Shown piece after piece: positions 11,613 through 26,060 of a DNA stretch of 64,000 bases. The translations under genes were made by a program, and so were the position numbers. The first letter of the stretch is position 1. Every line of letters begins with the position of its first letter. Under the pieces are notes generated by a model, which was not told where the DNA came from, made no database searches, and was given only the letters and a program-made list of their open reading frames with translations. Origin of the DNA: Lingula anatina (taxonomy: Eukaryota > Animalia > Brachiopoda); the NCBI GenBank assembly GCA_051362555.1, contig CM120649.1, forward strand, positions 2,604,001-2,668,000, read 5' to 3'.

Positions 11613-14600
11613 CTAAGGCATATTATTTTTCTCCTGTATTCGGCGCCGCCTGTTTTCGAGCACTGGAATCGTCAGTAAGACGAGGGATCCGGCCGCAGAG
11701 AATGAACCTACATTGAAAGGATGAGAAATAAGAAACCAAGTGGCAAAAGAACATTTAAATTTAAAAGTACAATTTATTTTAATTAAAGAATGAAAAACTA
11801 AGTGACAAAAAAAAATTGAACATAAAAGTACTATTTTGTCAAGTTCCCCCGTACTGATTATCTAATGATATATAAAAGATCTAATGGCAAAATCGAGCAG
11901 ATAAGGCACATGACTAACCAGATGCATGGTCTTGAAAAACTTAGTCATCATTTTACATTCAAATTGTCACCCTAAGCTCAGTTTAAATCAACTTAATCAG
12001 CACACAATAGTAAATTACCCTTAACTGCTCTAGGTGGCGGGTCAGACAATTGCTTAATTCCACTGATTGCACTTTATCTCCCGCAGAGTACGACCGACCC
12101 AGCTGGTACTATTTGTGAATCTGAATGCGGCCTGATACTTATTATATATTTTAAGATTTTCAATTTTTCAAAACCTCACATCGATGACGCTTACTTTTAG
12201 CTTTACACATTAAAATCTCGTTTACACGCCAATGAAGCAAATTCAAGGCATACGTTTCAACTTTTTTTTTTTTAAACATCTTTATTCTCAGGAGGGTTAA
12301 ATATTGATACAGTATAAATAAAGGTGGCAATTCGCCTAGGCATTATATGCTCACCTTTGAAATTTAATAATAATAATAATAATGATAATAATAATAATAA
12401 TAATATTCAAGAAAAAGACAGTGACGAGGACATGAGTGGCATTAGAGGGGAGTGAGGGACAGGGCATGGGGGAAAGGTAATTATGGGGGGGGGGGGCAAT
12501 GGGCCATCAGGAGAGAGTGGTAGGCGCCAGAACAGAAATGGAAGAGGATTCAGACATTTTTGATTAAGAAATCCGACACTATTTCGAAAATTTTGTCGTT
12601 TTGTCCAGATATTAGTGTTTTATGGCCATGTAGGAAGAGGGATATCTTATCTAGTTGGGTTCTGAAATATGCATAAGTTACACCAAGTATATCTTCAACA
12701 GATTCGTAGAGATCACGATATTTCCTCTGTTTCAGTGGGCATTGAAAGAAAAAATGTCGGATGGTTTCGGGTTTCCCACAAACACAGTTGGGAGAAGCCA
12801 TAGCTGTCCAGTTGTGGTCATATAGTTGGGCTCTAAATAAAAAATCGACCCAGGCCTTATTAAGGATTTTTTCATTTTGTCTCGGAAGCTTCAGATGGGT
12901 GGTGGACATTGTTGCTGGGAAGGTTTCATTTCTAAGGTTATACTTGAGGGAGGATGCAGAAGGAAGATTTTTTTTGAGTGGTGTTTAGTTCATCCCAGCT
13001 TGTCATCAAAAAGTGTTCAGGACCTTTGTATGTGAATTTAGAAGGAATTATGTAGTCTCTTTTAGATGTTGTCCGTAGAGGTAGCATGGATTTATTTCTA
13101 AACGGGATGAAATAGGTAGAGACATAGGAAGGTGCTAGTTGATTGTGGAAATTGAACATGATTTCTTTCGCGTGGTTTCCTCGACGTTCTTTTAGTGAAA
13201 CCCAGTTCAGCTGTTTCAGTACTTTACAGCGATTTGAGCCGCTTTGAGCCGATTTTACACATTAAAATCTCGTTTACACGCCAATGAAGCAAATTCAAGG
13301 CATACGTTTCAACTTACCCGCAAAATAAAACGAATTTGAGTAATCCTTTGTGACATCGTATAGATAACCTTCAAAACAAATTTAAAATAAGAATTAAAGA
13401 GTTGATGAGAAAGAAAAAAAATTCATTTGTACAGTTCATATCTTCGCGAAGTATATAATAATTATTTGAAAGCTGTTCATTATTACAGGAGCGAAGAATT
13501 AAGGCATTTAGAATGTTTAGAATGCTAAATAGCTAATTGTCTTGATTGACAGTGAAAGACGGAGCCCGGATGTTCTCAGCCACGCCCATCAACGTCAATG
13601 AACCACACGAGCCTTCCCAAATGGACATCTCAAACAGACCAATTAACACAATGGGATCATAAATACCTGCCAGTGGAGGGCCAATTGCACATCCGATACC
13701 GCTCATTACCATCAGATACCCAAACCCAGCTCCCAACGACGACAGTCCCACAGTCTCAACCGTCATTGGTGCCAACAGAGGTATAAGGACGGTTGAATAA
13801 ACACCATATAGTGCAGCAAATAGTACTTGGGACCAATAACTTTGTATGAACAACGGTAAACAGTACATGAGCAGCGCTGAGATCCCCATGACGCCTGCGC
13901 CCAGGGTAACTTGATCCACGTGCTCTTTGTCGTTGGTAGCTGCCCCGGCAAGCAGACGACTGACAAAATTCCCCACGCCAATAACTGACAACAAGATGGC
14001 GCCTTGCTGAGGGGTGGTTTCGTGTTGTAATGTATAAGCGATAAGATGAACAGAGCAGATGAGACTAGCAGAAGCCCAAAAGAATACCGCAATGCTTAGA
14101 GAAATGAACGCCGCACTCTTCAGTGGCCGAGCGTCCACAATCGCCTTCATATATCCTAAGCAGCCTGATTTGGCATTGTCTTGTGCTGCATTAAGCTGCC
14201 CGTTTGATACGAAGTGTTGAGAGATATTCGACGTCATGCTGCTGAAAGCTCCAATCGACAGGCTGAGAAACGCAGACGACTCGAGCGTGCTGTGCTTGTT
14301 TCCATTTGCCAAAAGGCTTGACTGGCATGCATGCTTGACACTGTCATCATGAAAACGACTGGAAGAATCAGCCTTTGTTGCGTCATTTGACAAAGCCTGC
14401 GGGCTTGTTTGGCCAGTGTCGTCTTTGGCAGCGTCCACGTTAATCCGACTACTTTCCTTTCGTGGCTCGTGGTCACCGTTGACTACAGACGTTTGGTCGG
14501 TGTCTTTCTGCATCTGCAAACGAGAACTTTTACATGTAGAACTTATTACGCCCTTTCTTTCGACGTGAAGTTCTTTTAGTGGTTTCATTATAGTTCCAAA

Positions 14601-16273
14601 GACGCAATTATTCAGACACAGCCCTGCGATGATGAAGGCAGATCCTCGCCAGGAATACGCGTCTATGAGGAATTGGAAAAGAGGTGGACACATGAACTGT
14701 CCCAGGGCCATACCTGCTGCAGTAATACCAAGAGCCATTGGTCTTCTCTTGTGAAAATACTGACCAACGCATACTGTTGTAGATGTGTATACGAGACCCG
14801 TACCAATCCCTGCAAAGGAAATGGATTCTTCGTGTGATTAAGGCTACAATACTTTGGAAGACTGAACAATAATCTTAAATATGGTTTTATCGCACGCCTG
14901 CAAAAGATGTAATACAAGAATTATCCTCTCGACAAATATAGTTTAAAAGATAGAAAAACAGATAGTTATATATGTATTTGGCGGTTCAATAATCCAATAA
15001 TATTGTAGCGGTTTTTCTTCCCTCTCTCTGACGGTAGCGTAGCCAAAGATGATCAAGGGAAGAGCCGCTCAGATGAATACACCGATGCCAGTTGTTGCTT
15101 CGCGGTCCGGACACCGGCGTTAAACAAGTAAGAAGAAACGCGTTTTTTAAAGATTCATAAACTCTAACTGCAAACTGTAACAATGAAACTAAAGAATGAT
15201 GCAACGTCTCTTAAGTCCGTTTGATTTTTCAGACAAATGAAAGTCATTTCTTCATAATGTCCATACGGTAAGCCAAGTTACACACGATCAATATCACACT
15301 TAAGTCTGTAGTTGACTATAATTATTATTATTGGGGCTAAAATTTCGTCAATTGTTACAATATTTCAGTTTTCAGTTTATCAAAAAAAGGTTCCACTGTC
15401 ATTAACGTGGATTGAGCGTAATACTGTTTTATAATGTAACATTTGGCACATTGTACATATGACTGCCTCGGCAGCTTTGATAACAACCATGCAGCAAACA
15501 ATACTAAGTTGCTGGTCTAAACGTGATAAAGAGGTATTCATTGAAATATCACTGAGGAGAGATAGGGTGACTAAATTGATTAATACATTCAGTTGGTATA
15601 ACGGCTCTTTTTATTCAGCTAAACGCAAGAATGTATACATGCGCGCGCACAATGGACCTTAGGCACTCTTACGTAACTTACCTACGACAATCCCAAAGGT
15701 TGCAATAATCTCTGTTATATTTGTCGCAAAAGCGGTACCAATAAAGCCGACCGCTGAAATAATGGCACCCAAAAGAATACTTGTCCTACAACTGTACTTA
15801 TTGGCGATGATGCCGCTCACCAGACCTGTCAGACCACAAACAGAGTTCTGCAAACTGCCAGCCAGAGAAACGTAACTCCGCGTTTCTTCGGGAAACTGAA
15901 TCAAGAACTCGGCGTTGTGCACGCCGACAGAATTGTTGATGCCGATGTTGATGCAGTTGCAGAAGAAGGACGCTACGAGTACAGCCCAAGCCCACCCTCT
16001 GTCTATGTCCTTGTAATTTGCGTTTGATTTATAATACACTGTTTCTACTCTAATGCCAGATTCACATTCAGGATACTTGCTATGTTGAGGTTGCTGACCT
16101 TCCTTGTTTGTTTGCTGCACTGGAGGATGCAGATAACGCACGGCTTTGTGTGGGGAACAAGCACTATCAAAGCTGTCGGCAGAGTTACTGCGAGGTTTAC
16201 TGTACACGCTGTATGCTGATCCTAGACTGAAGAAACCGCCGAGGTTGAAATCGGAATCAAACAAAGCAGACAT
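11613..16273 (-). CDS. SLC16/monocarboxylate transporter family MFS protein, paralog 2 (4 exons, ~626 aa)
   Basis: Exons 16273-15682, 14809-13667, 13368-13318, 11707-11613 with GT/AG boundaries; 1881 nt in frame. Same motifs as paralog 1, and convergent with it. Confidence 0.9.
12264..13253 (-). mobile_element. 5'-truncated LINE 3' end in intron 3 of SLC16 paralog 2
   Basis: SPNCVCGKPETIRHFFFQCP CCHC-type motif, AATAAA and poly(A) (T run 12262-12273 on +). Flanked by a 62-bp direct repeat. Confidence 0.8.
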
Positions 16274-16951
16274 TTGATCCAGTGCAGCCGTTAGCTTGCT
16301 GTGCTGTTGGTATTCGCCGGCCAATAGACCAGACCAGTAGCCTATACGCCGGTCCCTTGATAGTACTCAAGGCTAGACTTTCAATGTTATCAGTCCTTTC
16401 ATATATGCCGTATATATATAAGCCGCTACAGCTGGCCCATACGGCTAGGTAAATAAACTCCAGACCGTGTTTAATCTCAACTATATTGACTCTGAAGGGC
16501 CGGTGGGATACGATCGCGTTTATTTAAAGCAGTGACCTAGATCGGGGACAATACCTGAAGCTAAATGCTATTCGACCTTTGATTTGATTGAAATAATTTT
16601 TTTCTAAGAAATGAAATACGAGCTTCAAGCTATGTATATAAATGATGGATTTAACTTTCACTGAGTCCCTTATTTATATCAATATAAATGTACTGCCTTG
16701 GAATAATGCATATGCTCTGTCCTTCCTGATGAAACTAATGAAGCATACGCTTTTGCATAGTTATGGTCTCTGTTGTCCATTCTGTATATTGTTGCTCGAT
16801 TAAAAATCTTAACATTCGTACTCGGTTTCTACCCAGCGTACTATGGAATTATAGGACTATAGCAATTGAGCCCTTTGGCGTTCCAATCAGTTTGAATAGT
16901 TTACAGTCTATCTTTCCTATGTAGTTACTTTTATGTTTTTCGTTTAATTAA

Positions 16952-17288
16952 AGCAATAATAACTCTTCGTTTCGGCCAAAAAATGAATTTTCCTGGAGTA
17001 AACAACAATTTTCCCATACTTACCAATGATTAATGAATCCATTTTTACATTCAAAGTTAGTCCCTGGTTTTTTTCTAAAAAGTTTGGTTTTTTGTTAAAA
17101 TCTCTTAAGAGATTTTAACAGAGTATAGATATCAATGGAGGTCACGTGGTCTAAAGACAAGTTCAGATATCAGAATAATAGCTATAACTGCTGTTTATGT
17201 GGTTAAACAGAATATATTATATTTCTATGAGTTATTCACAAGGTTTTTATTGTGAAATATAGATCTCATACGAAGAGTTATTATCCCT
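16952..17288. mobile_element. Kolobok-like non-autonomous element, copy 1
   Basis: TTAA flanks, AG...CT termini, TIR core ataataactcttcgt; 337 bp. Confidence 0.75.
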
Positions 17289-20050
17289 TTAAACTCGTCA
17301 TTTCTATTACGAGAAAAGCAGTTCAAAATCTATTTAACGTCGCGACCACGCACTGAGGTGGATATTTATTATGTCACAAAACGGTAAAGAATATACCTGG
17401 TGACGTGAACAAGATGGATTTTAAAGCAGGCTGCGGGGCGTGGCACAAATATGTTATGTAAACTTAAAATGCTGCAGCGTTTTCTTTTGATACACATTAT
17501 TGAAAGTTGCCAAAAAATTCATTTTTCATGAGGTCGCATAAAAATTAATTTCATCATTTCAGCAAAGTGCAAGAGAAAACACACACGCGAAAAAAATATT
17601 TTCCCAACCGTGAGGAGAAGGGGTACAAAAGATTATAGTGTTTGACTGAATGAGATAAATCCAACACACGGAGCAGGCACAGATTTAATTATTTGTGTCA
17701 TCCATTCAAAGAACGGCGTGCCTAGTCTTCGCAAACACATTCGAATTCGACACATCCAGGCGGGAATATTGTACAATGTGACCCTGAGTTACTGGATACT
17801 CGCCTCTCTAATACATGTGTGACAATTTACAGATACTAGAATTGAAAAGTTAACAGTTATCGCGGGGTGTGCAACGACGATAGGGCATATTTTACGAGGC
17901 AGGGATATTGTACACTGAAATCTGAGTTTCACAGTTTACTGGGTACTCACCTCAATATTGTAACCGTCTCCAATAACTTGAGAGTTTAAAGACCTGCACT
18001 CTGAATATGGGGCCTGTCATGACGAGATTTGCTACTTGAATCTTCGGCGGGTCACTTACCTTGAAAATTCTAGCACAAACGTTTGTAGCCGAAATTTCTA
18101 TCCGTCAGTTCGGAAAACTCGAAAATCAGGCGGCAACTTTTTGGCATCATACTCTTAGATAAGGAAATATGCTGATAATTTTGCCCCCAATTCATTTCAA
18201 AGCGTTGGCGTAGAAAAATGAATAATATAAAGATAATAATATTATTAAAATCCTAAAGCACGTCTGTTTAGATACTTCATGGTATATTACCACTTCATGG
18301 GATAAATGCCCTGACTTTACTGACAAATCGACTTCATAGGATAAAATGCGACTTCATCTCCGCATAAGATATTGCACGCAGTGGTAATATACTATGAAGT
18401 ATCTTAAAACACGTCATCTGATACTGTAAAACGGTATTTGAAAGAAATCGTATTTTAAATCCACCGAAAGCCACCTGGTAGACTTCAATATAACGTACAG
18501 TGTATGTGTAGACGCATGTTCACAATAAATAATTCTACTACTTAAAGCTATACAGATGTGACGAAGTTATTGGCTTGTCTTCTTCATGTTACGCGAGGTA
18601 GCAAATACAACTCAGATATTATCTTTCTTATCATTTATTGAACTACTGTCCAGTTATTACCCGCGCCGCTTCCTTCATTTCTGTTTCTGCCTCATGCAAT
18701 CTGAAGCGGCCTTCTCTCCGTTTACACTAAGCGCAGTTGTATACATGTAAATACCATAAGAGCATCTTATTCGCTGCATGCTGTCACTTACTACCATTAC
18801 ATTATCTCCCGGGGACGACATGCCTGTCCCTAGGCATATTTTAAAATTAAAAAATACATTAAAATAAACTTCCTTAAACACAGCATTTGTCTTTTATCAT
18901 AAATTCATGCAAAACAAAACTAAGTACATAGATTTTGTATTATAAACCTACGATAAGATAGAAATGCATTTGACATGAAACCCCAAATATAATTTAAAGG
19001 AAGATAGATTGATAATTTTTTATGAAAATACAAATGTTCGTGGATATATTCCGTATTGGCTTTTACACCTTTCAATGTGCGGCCCAAGAGCACAGATATT
19101 TTTATTCGTTTTCTCCGCGCGGATGTTTAAATTTGTTACTCTCTTATTATGGCTCTGACACATTTTTTAAACGGTTTCTCTTTACTTGGTTGTCATTTTT
19201 AGATTTAGTAGGAATGCACTAAGTGAGACAATCGGGCGGTACCTTCTCTGTCCAATCAGCAGCATTCACCACAACGGTGCGACCAGCGCATCGTTCATCT
19301 TCATATTTGTCCACACTGTAGCGCTCTCTTTTGATGGCTATAAGAGAAACAATCGCTTTATATCAAACCCAATCCACGATTGAACAAAAACATACAGAAA
19401 AATAATTAAGTAAGAATCTTCCTTAATGCATATCATCAGTTTCACGTCTTCATCTTCATCTCAGAAGTTAAGTACACTGTTCCTATACCAATAACTGTAT
19501 AGTTAAATATCAATAACTAATAATCATAAGACCGACAAAATGAATATAGATATACTTTTCATACCGTCATAAGATTATGTATGTGTGCATTTATTCCATC
19601 TAACATAACAAGATTAGATACAATTATAAGGTCAGAAAATACAAAAGAGGGAGTGTGATAATGATAGGGTCGCTAAACCATTTTGACGGAATATAGTGAC
19701 TAGCCTAATCCTCTTGTCGCCTGGGTAGGCACGCCCCCTTAGAGTACTTATGTAAACAAAAGGTCTTCCATAGAGAACTATCCTTTTGTTCAACAGCTTC
19801 GCGCGTGCAGTGGATTATGTATATAGTGACAATATACAGCTAATTGCAGTGGAATCTGTGAAAGCTGTTATTTGATTTATTCTGCTGTGTCGGACGTTGT
19901 GGGCCAGCCCAATGGTTCGTTCACTCATTCTTTTCTGAAGATTGGTGATGCATATTTTGAGTGCTTAATTATTTACCCTCCTTCTTACAAAAGAAAGGAA
20001 AAGGGGAGAGAAACAGAGACAGTGTCAAATAAAAAGGGTAAAGAGTAATT

Positions 20051-20218
20051 CAGGCCCGTGGTCAGGGGGGGTTCGGGGAGTTCGAAAGAACCACCCCTTT
20101 TGCTGGGAAAAGGTCCACTCTGGGTAAAATTTGATCTAGGTAGATGTAGTTTTTATGGGAAAAGGTCCACTTTTTCAGAAAAAGAACCCCCCTTTTGAAA
20201 TTGCTGGCTACGGGCCTG
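20051..20218. mobile_element. Short TIR element
   Basis: caggcccgtggtcag / ctggctacgggcctg termini with internal aaaaggtccact repeats. Confidence 0.6.
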
Positions 20219-21254
20219 TATAATACATTAATTAAAGGGACTCGCGGTGGAAGAAACGATAGACTGTTTTGCATCAAGGTATGCAATTATAATCCCACAT
20301 GGCCCATTGCATATACGGCCGCACTTTAAATCATGGACATAATAAGAGATGTTTAAATACATTACTCATAGTTGTATTAAATTACATTATTTTGCTGAAT
20401 AGACATACATTTTAAAGTTGGTCTTTCAGGAAATCGTTTTGTTTGAAATAACACAAACGACAGAGGTAAAATCACGTATACATTTATTTTACAATAAATA
20501 ACTTTATATTCAAGGTCCATCTACACTGATTGTGAGCTATTACAGAATGTATCGTTAAGTTGATATCTTAAATGTATATCTTTCACTATTTGCTTTTCAT
20601 GGTTAGAGAATAAAAAAGTATATGATAGGGGGTTATTGACCACAAGTTTAATTATCTTAAGAAGCAACAAGAGTAGCAGCTGTTTTAAAGTTGGCAAAAG
20701 AGGGCACGTGACAGATAAAACAGTTTGGTTTGATGAGTTCATTACACGATGTACCTGTAATTCAATGTTTCATCGATTACAACATGCTGTACAATGACTG
20801 AGTCGTGAAAGGGGTATTGGACTTCTTTGCCTTAAAAACAAATTCATTTCGAAATCAAAGGAGCATTTTTGGGGGGCGCGTGGGGGGGGGCATAGTAAAC
20901 GTCGGGTGATTCGTTAAAGCCGAGGAGTGTCTCACTATCAAATACCCCGGTATGTAAACCATATATAATAAAAACACTACAATAAAGTTTTTTTGTTACG
21001 ATCTGCAACATTTGTTTATTTATGTAGCAGGGCGAAGTTAGCGCCAGAGGTAAATAGTAACTCATTCCGTAATCCTTCTTGCACATTTATTTAATCGTAT
21101 CAAAACGTTTGATACACAATGTTCACTAGTGTCATAATTTTGGCGATTTATTAAAACCATATTTGTACAAAGTAGGTTAGCATAAGTTAGGCAACAACCA
21201 GTATGAAGAACAACTCCCTTTTTAAGTGAGGCAAGACAACCTATTCAAACTGAT

Positions 21255-21576
21255 TACCCGCACGAAAATGCAGTAGTATCGAAGTAGCAAAAAGCATTTA
21301 TATAACGCAGTAGTGGTGTGGAGCATATTTGCAGTAGAAATGCAGCATAGCCTACTGCAATTCTACTCCAAAAAGTACATAGGTTTGTACAGAGAGGAGC
21401 ATTAATGCAGTAGATTAGCAGCATGAGAGAAGCATGTTTCAAATATGCTAATTAGCTCCCAAATCGAAGCAGATTTGAAGCATGTTTGCAGTATGATTAC
21501 AGTAGTCTACTGCGGTTTGCAGTATGATTGCAGTAGTCTACTGTGCTGGAGTATCTACTGCGTTTTCTTGCGGGTA
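21255..21576. mobile_element. MITE with TA-CCC...GGG-TA ends and internal gcagta repeats (EnSpm/CMC-like)
   Basis: TIR tacccgcacgaaaatgcagtag / ctactgcgttttcttgcgggta. Confidence 0.65.
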
Positions 21577-24552
21577 TAACCTTGATAAAGACACAAGGCA
21601 AAGGAGTTATGTAAACTCGCGTGTGAAAACACATTCTTTGTCACTTTTACAAGACATTGGAGGCAACCAAGTGGAGTAATTATAATACACCCCTACAGTC
21701 AAAGGGAAATTAGTCTTGAAAGCTTACTTCGGGTCAGCCCTTTGCTTGTTCGAAGGAAAGAGATAGATGTCGCGACGCGAAACCTTTTATTAACCCTTCA
21801 TGAGTTTGTGTAAAAGTGTGAAAGACAGGCAACGATCTTGAGTCGCTGTTGATATTGTTCGCAATTAATATTGGAGCATACCTCCTTCGCCTACATGTAA
21901 ACATCAGACAAGGCGTTGAGATCGATAAAAGTGGAGGTTAATCTGAAAAATTAGATGCGATTTTTGTGAAATGACTTATTAAGTGATGTGCATGTACCTA
22001 ACATGTTTAAATTCTTGATTTTTATTATTTTCAAACATCTTTCATACACGGTCTCATATTTATATTTCTCTCAGGTCATACTCATTTCATTGTATTACAT
22101 GGGACTCTAAAGCACAGGACATTGTGAAAGTTAATTGGCTACAGAGTCTTGTTATCCTTCATGCAGTTTTATAGCTTGGATGAACTAGAAACAGGCTTTA
22201 CTTAGCTTTACTTAATTTACGACAATTTAAATAAAATCAGTCTGCAAGGCTTGCTTTGAATTGGTGTTAACCTGACACTGGTTTTAAAAGAACAAATATA
22301 AATATGTTGGATGGATTAAACCGACATCGTTATATTTTGACTTAACGTGGTCATTTACACAGTAACACAGATAAAATTCATAAGTTGTCTGTCGTTCAGC
22401 ACGCATTATAGGCGAGTAGCCAAAGAGTGACGATGATCAATCCAAGTAAAATCTAGGCAAGTATTGTTTACAAAATAGATCATGATGAATAAACCGGCGC
22501 TTTAATAAATAATCACCACACGGTTCTGTTTTTGTCACTTGAAAGCTTTCGTTTAAAGGCCCTCAATGATATCAAAAATGATTGCAACGTGCTACAAAGG
22601 GTATGTCTGACAGTGTGGTCACACTACATGTTCATGAAAGTACGGTGAATTAACAGTCTTAGACATCGCTCAAAGAGGAGGGGGGCTTACTATAGCCCGC
22701 AATCTATTGTTAAACGCGATCATTATCTTTTCTCAAACAAAATTAAACCAAACCTGAACAATAAGATTGTTAAATCAGATAATATGTAAAATCATATTGG
22801 AAATTTACGTTGACGACGGAGACTGTTTCATTCGCAAAGTTAATGAAACAAAACTGGTCCAAGTACTTATGCTAATAATAAAAATAATAATAACGCAATC
22901 TGGCGTCCCAGATGCTAGTATTTATCTGGCGTCCCAGATTTTAGTTTTTATATGACGTCATGCGCACACTTTTATACCTCAACTCCACATATTCAGTTAC
23001 CCATAACCACATTGATATCCGTCACATCTTAATCATTTTATTCCTCACAATATATCAAATAATATTCACATAAGGCCATTTATCCTTGCATCATTTATAC
23101 TCATTAACTCATTTGTTTCACTCGATCTTTTGATTGCCAATATAACCACATTATCAACTGACAAGATCATGTTAAGAAGATCGTCGAAATGCCAGTGATT
23201 AGGATTTTAATTAAGGCACTTTATAGAGAAACTATTCTCCAATTTTATTCTTCGCAACCCGAAAAACATAATTTCATTGAAGGGACTTCCAATAAGGTAG
23301 ATTAGTCATAATCTTAGTATTTGCTTGTCACCTTCAAAGGTGCATGCGTACTATCGATGATGTTTGCCACTGCAAGGGGGTAGTGGGCGAAACAGAACGG
23401 GTATTCTTATGAAAAGAATTATGATTCATCATCTATAATTACGCAGGCTGTAAGTCCAGGAGCCCTAAACCGAAACAAAGTGCAATAATAATTAGTGTTG
23501 CCTGAAATTAAGATGAATGCCATTGAAGTGTCGTATCCTGTAAAAGAAAATTATAAACTCGTTATGATGGATATTAAAATTACAAGGGTAGACGAAAAAC
23601 GAAAAATTCATTCGCTGCCTGGCTAACCTGAAAAAAAAATTATCAATATTGATTAGTGCAACATTTTTGTTCAAGTCAACAACAAAATATTTCCAAATGC
23701 AGTTTTCCGTCTTGTCACGAATTTTTAACAGTGAAGTGAGATATCTCAGCTATTGGCATCTCTTCAAACATTCCGCAACCTGTAAAATTCTTAAGGTCAA
23801 TAGATGCATAAAATGTAAACGGAAATGAATTTACTTGATAAACATAAGACGTATCAAAAGATGAATAAAGTTTACATTTCGCTTTTACTCTTCAGTCTCC
23901 CCTCCTTGCCAGGGGCGCAACCTAGCCTATAGGCTGAGTACCTTTCCCACTAGCTCACTTACTAGCTCATTCGTTTTCAGTTTGCTAGGGCCTGACTGTA
24001 CAATGAGCTGAGCGCGGCTGCTTTTCTAGTCTTACTGCCTGTTGCGACCCAACCGGCCGGTGACCCAGTCGATAGCGATCACCCAATCCCGTAGAGCTTA
24101 CCAGGCTCCCAGGGAGCAACCGACGGTCTGATCCCAGTCCCACTGCCATGGGTTGTCGGAACTTTGACCGTTTTCACCAGCCTTGCCTGTTCACCACCGT
24201 GTTGGAACCGCATCAACATCGCGTGGCTAGGTGAGGACTGTCGTTCCCGTACATGTACCACTCAGTGAGCCGTTATTCACACTGAGCCCACTAGACGGTA
24301 CCACAGTATCCTGTTAATTCAGGATTCGAGACACAGTGTCTTCTCCCACAGCACTATAACACGTCTTTAATGTGCCCCCAGAGCCTTGCGACTCCACTGC
24401 CGCCTGTTCACGACAGAGCTTCAGGGAGCCTATCCCCCTCGCCTCTCGAGATAGTGTCTAACATATGTATTCTTTTCAAACATGCATCATTAAAACACTG
24501 TGCAGGGTCATTCTGTTTTTCTAAGTCTTATTCTTCAACGTTTCCCTCATGG

Positions 24553-25480
24553 TAAGGGCGACGGCTAATCGCGTCTGCATTCGCTAGGTGTTTACCTTTA
24601 CTCTGTTTAATGTCCCTATTTCACACAGACCACGAATCCCACGAATGGCCATGAATTGACAAATTTCACGATTCGTGGTTGAATCGTAATCAGTTCGTGA
24701 AGTTCTTAACAGATTCGTATATATTCGTAGTTAGTTCTTGCACTTCTTGACCAACAGGAATTGGTGGCAAAAACTTTGATGCCCCTATTTCACACAGACC
24801 ACGAATCCCACGAATCGCCAGGAATTGAAAATTTCAGGATTCGTGGTTGAATCGTAATCAGATCGTATATATTCGTAAATAATCGTAGTCAGTTCTTGCA
24901 ATTCTTGATCAATCGGGAATTCGTGGCAAAAATTTTGAGCTGATCAAAGTTCTGGCCACGAACTCCCGATTCCAAAAAATCGTAGTGAATTTCTGGACAA
25001 TATTCGTGCGATTCCAGCCGAATCCCACGAATATTCGTAACACTATCGCACCTGTGTCGTAACTGAATCGTAGAGCGTGTCGAATTAGACCAGAAAATTG
25101 GCAAAATCTCACGAATCCTCACGAATCCTGAAATTTGTCAATTCCTGGCGATTCGAGGGATTCGTGGTCTGTGTGAAATAGGGGCCTAATTGAAATCTTT
25201 TAGGGGATAAATTCAATAACCAATAATTCATTACTTTTAGAAATTCGAATACATTCAAATGGGCATGGAATTCTGGCACTGCCTTACACTTTGTCAACGC
25301 GAATATCGGTTACTGAAACTATGTACCCTTAATACCTGACCTCTTCTCGCGCAATGAAACTATTCAGATAATGCTAAGTTTGCATTTCTCAGCCTTCGTA
25401 AAACTATGTTTACCTCACTAAGGCAATATTTGAAATTGTGGCTGGCTACCATAAAGTCATCTAAATATCGCAAAAAGTAT
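24553..25480 (-). mobile_element. Ty3/Gypsy pol remnant interrupted by a MITE
   Basis: LRYLDDFMVAS...VLRRLRNANLAL (RT) at ~25370-25460 and KGKHLANADAISRRP (RNase H end) at ~24555-24600. Confidence 0.65.
24611..25186. mobile_element. PIF/Harbinger-type MITE with duplicated left end
   Basis: TIR ccctatttcacacagaccacgaatcc at 24614 and again at 24783, with its inverse ending at 25186. TAA flanks. Confidence 0.75.
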
Positions 25481-26060
25481 TTTCTAAAATAATCGTTTAA
25501 AGCAATTGTCTTACCTTCCATTTTATGTTTGTCCAATTCCAATCTCCCATCTAGATACTTTGTGTTCGCCTGCGTATTTTCGTCCGGTGATCGTTTTCTC
25601 TCTTTCCGACAAGACTCATGATGTCAAACATCTATGTTTATATTTTGCATCCTCCGCCATTTGTGACAATGTTATTGGCTTGTCTTCTTCATGTTACGCG
25701 AGGAAGCAAATACAACTCAGATATTATCTTTCTTATTATTTATTGAACTACTGTCGTTATTACCCGCGCCGCTTCCTTCGTTTCTATTTCTGCCTCATGC
25801 AATCTGAAGCGGCCTTCTCTCCGTTTACACAAAGCGCAGTTGTATAAATACCATAAGAGCATGTCAATCAACTTAAGTTACTCTACTAAACACTCCCCGC
25901 TCTTATTCGCTGCATGCTGTCACTTACTACCACTACACAGATGTTCTACTATAAACCCATAATGCCATAATCAAACCTAAGAGGATTACATACATGTGAT
26001 AATTATTTCCTGGACCTCTGTCTGAGCTTCTCAAGTTGATCAAAAATAAAAATGCTGTCG

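Noticed and set aside
24611-25186. CRISPR-like or regularly spaced array in the cacgaat-rich region (also 21255-21576)
   Set aside because: Irregular subterminal repeats of MITEs with no constant repeat-spacer period, in a eukaryotic context.
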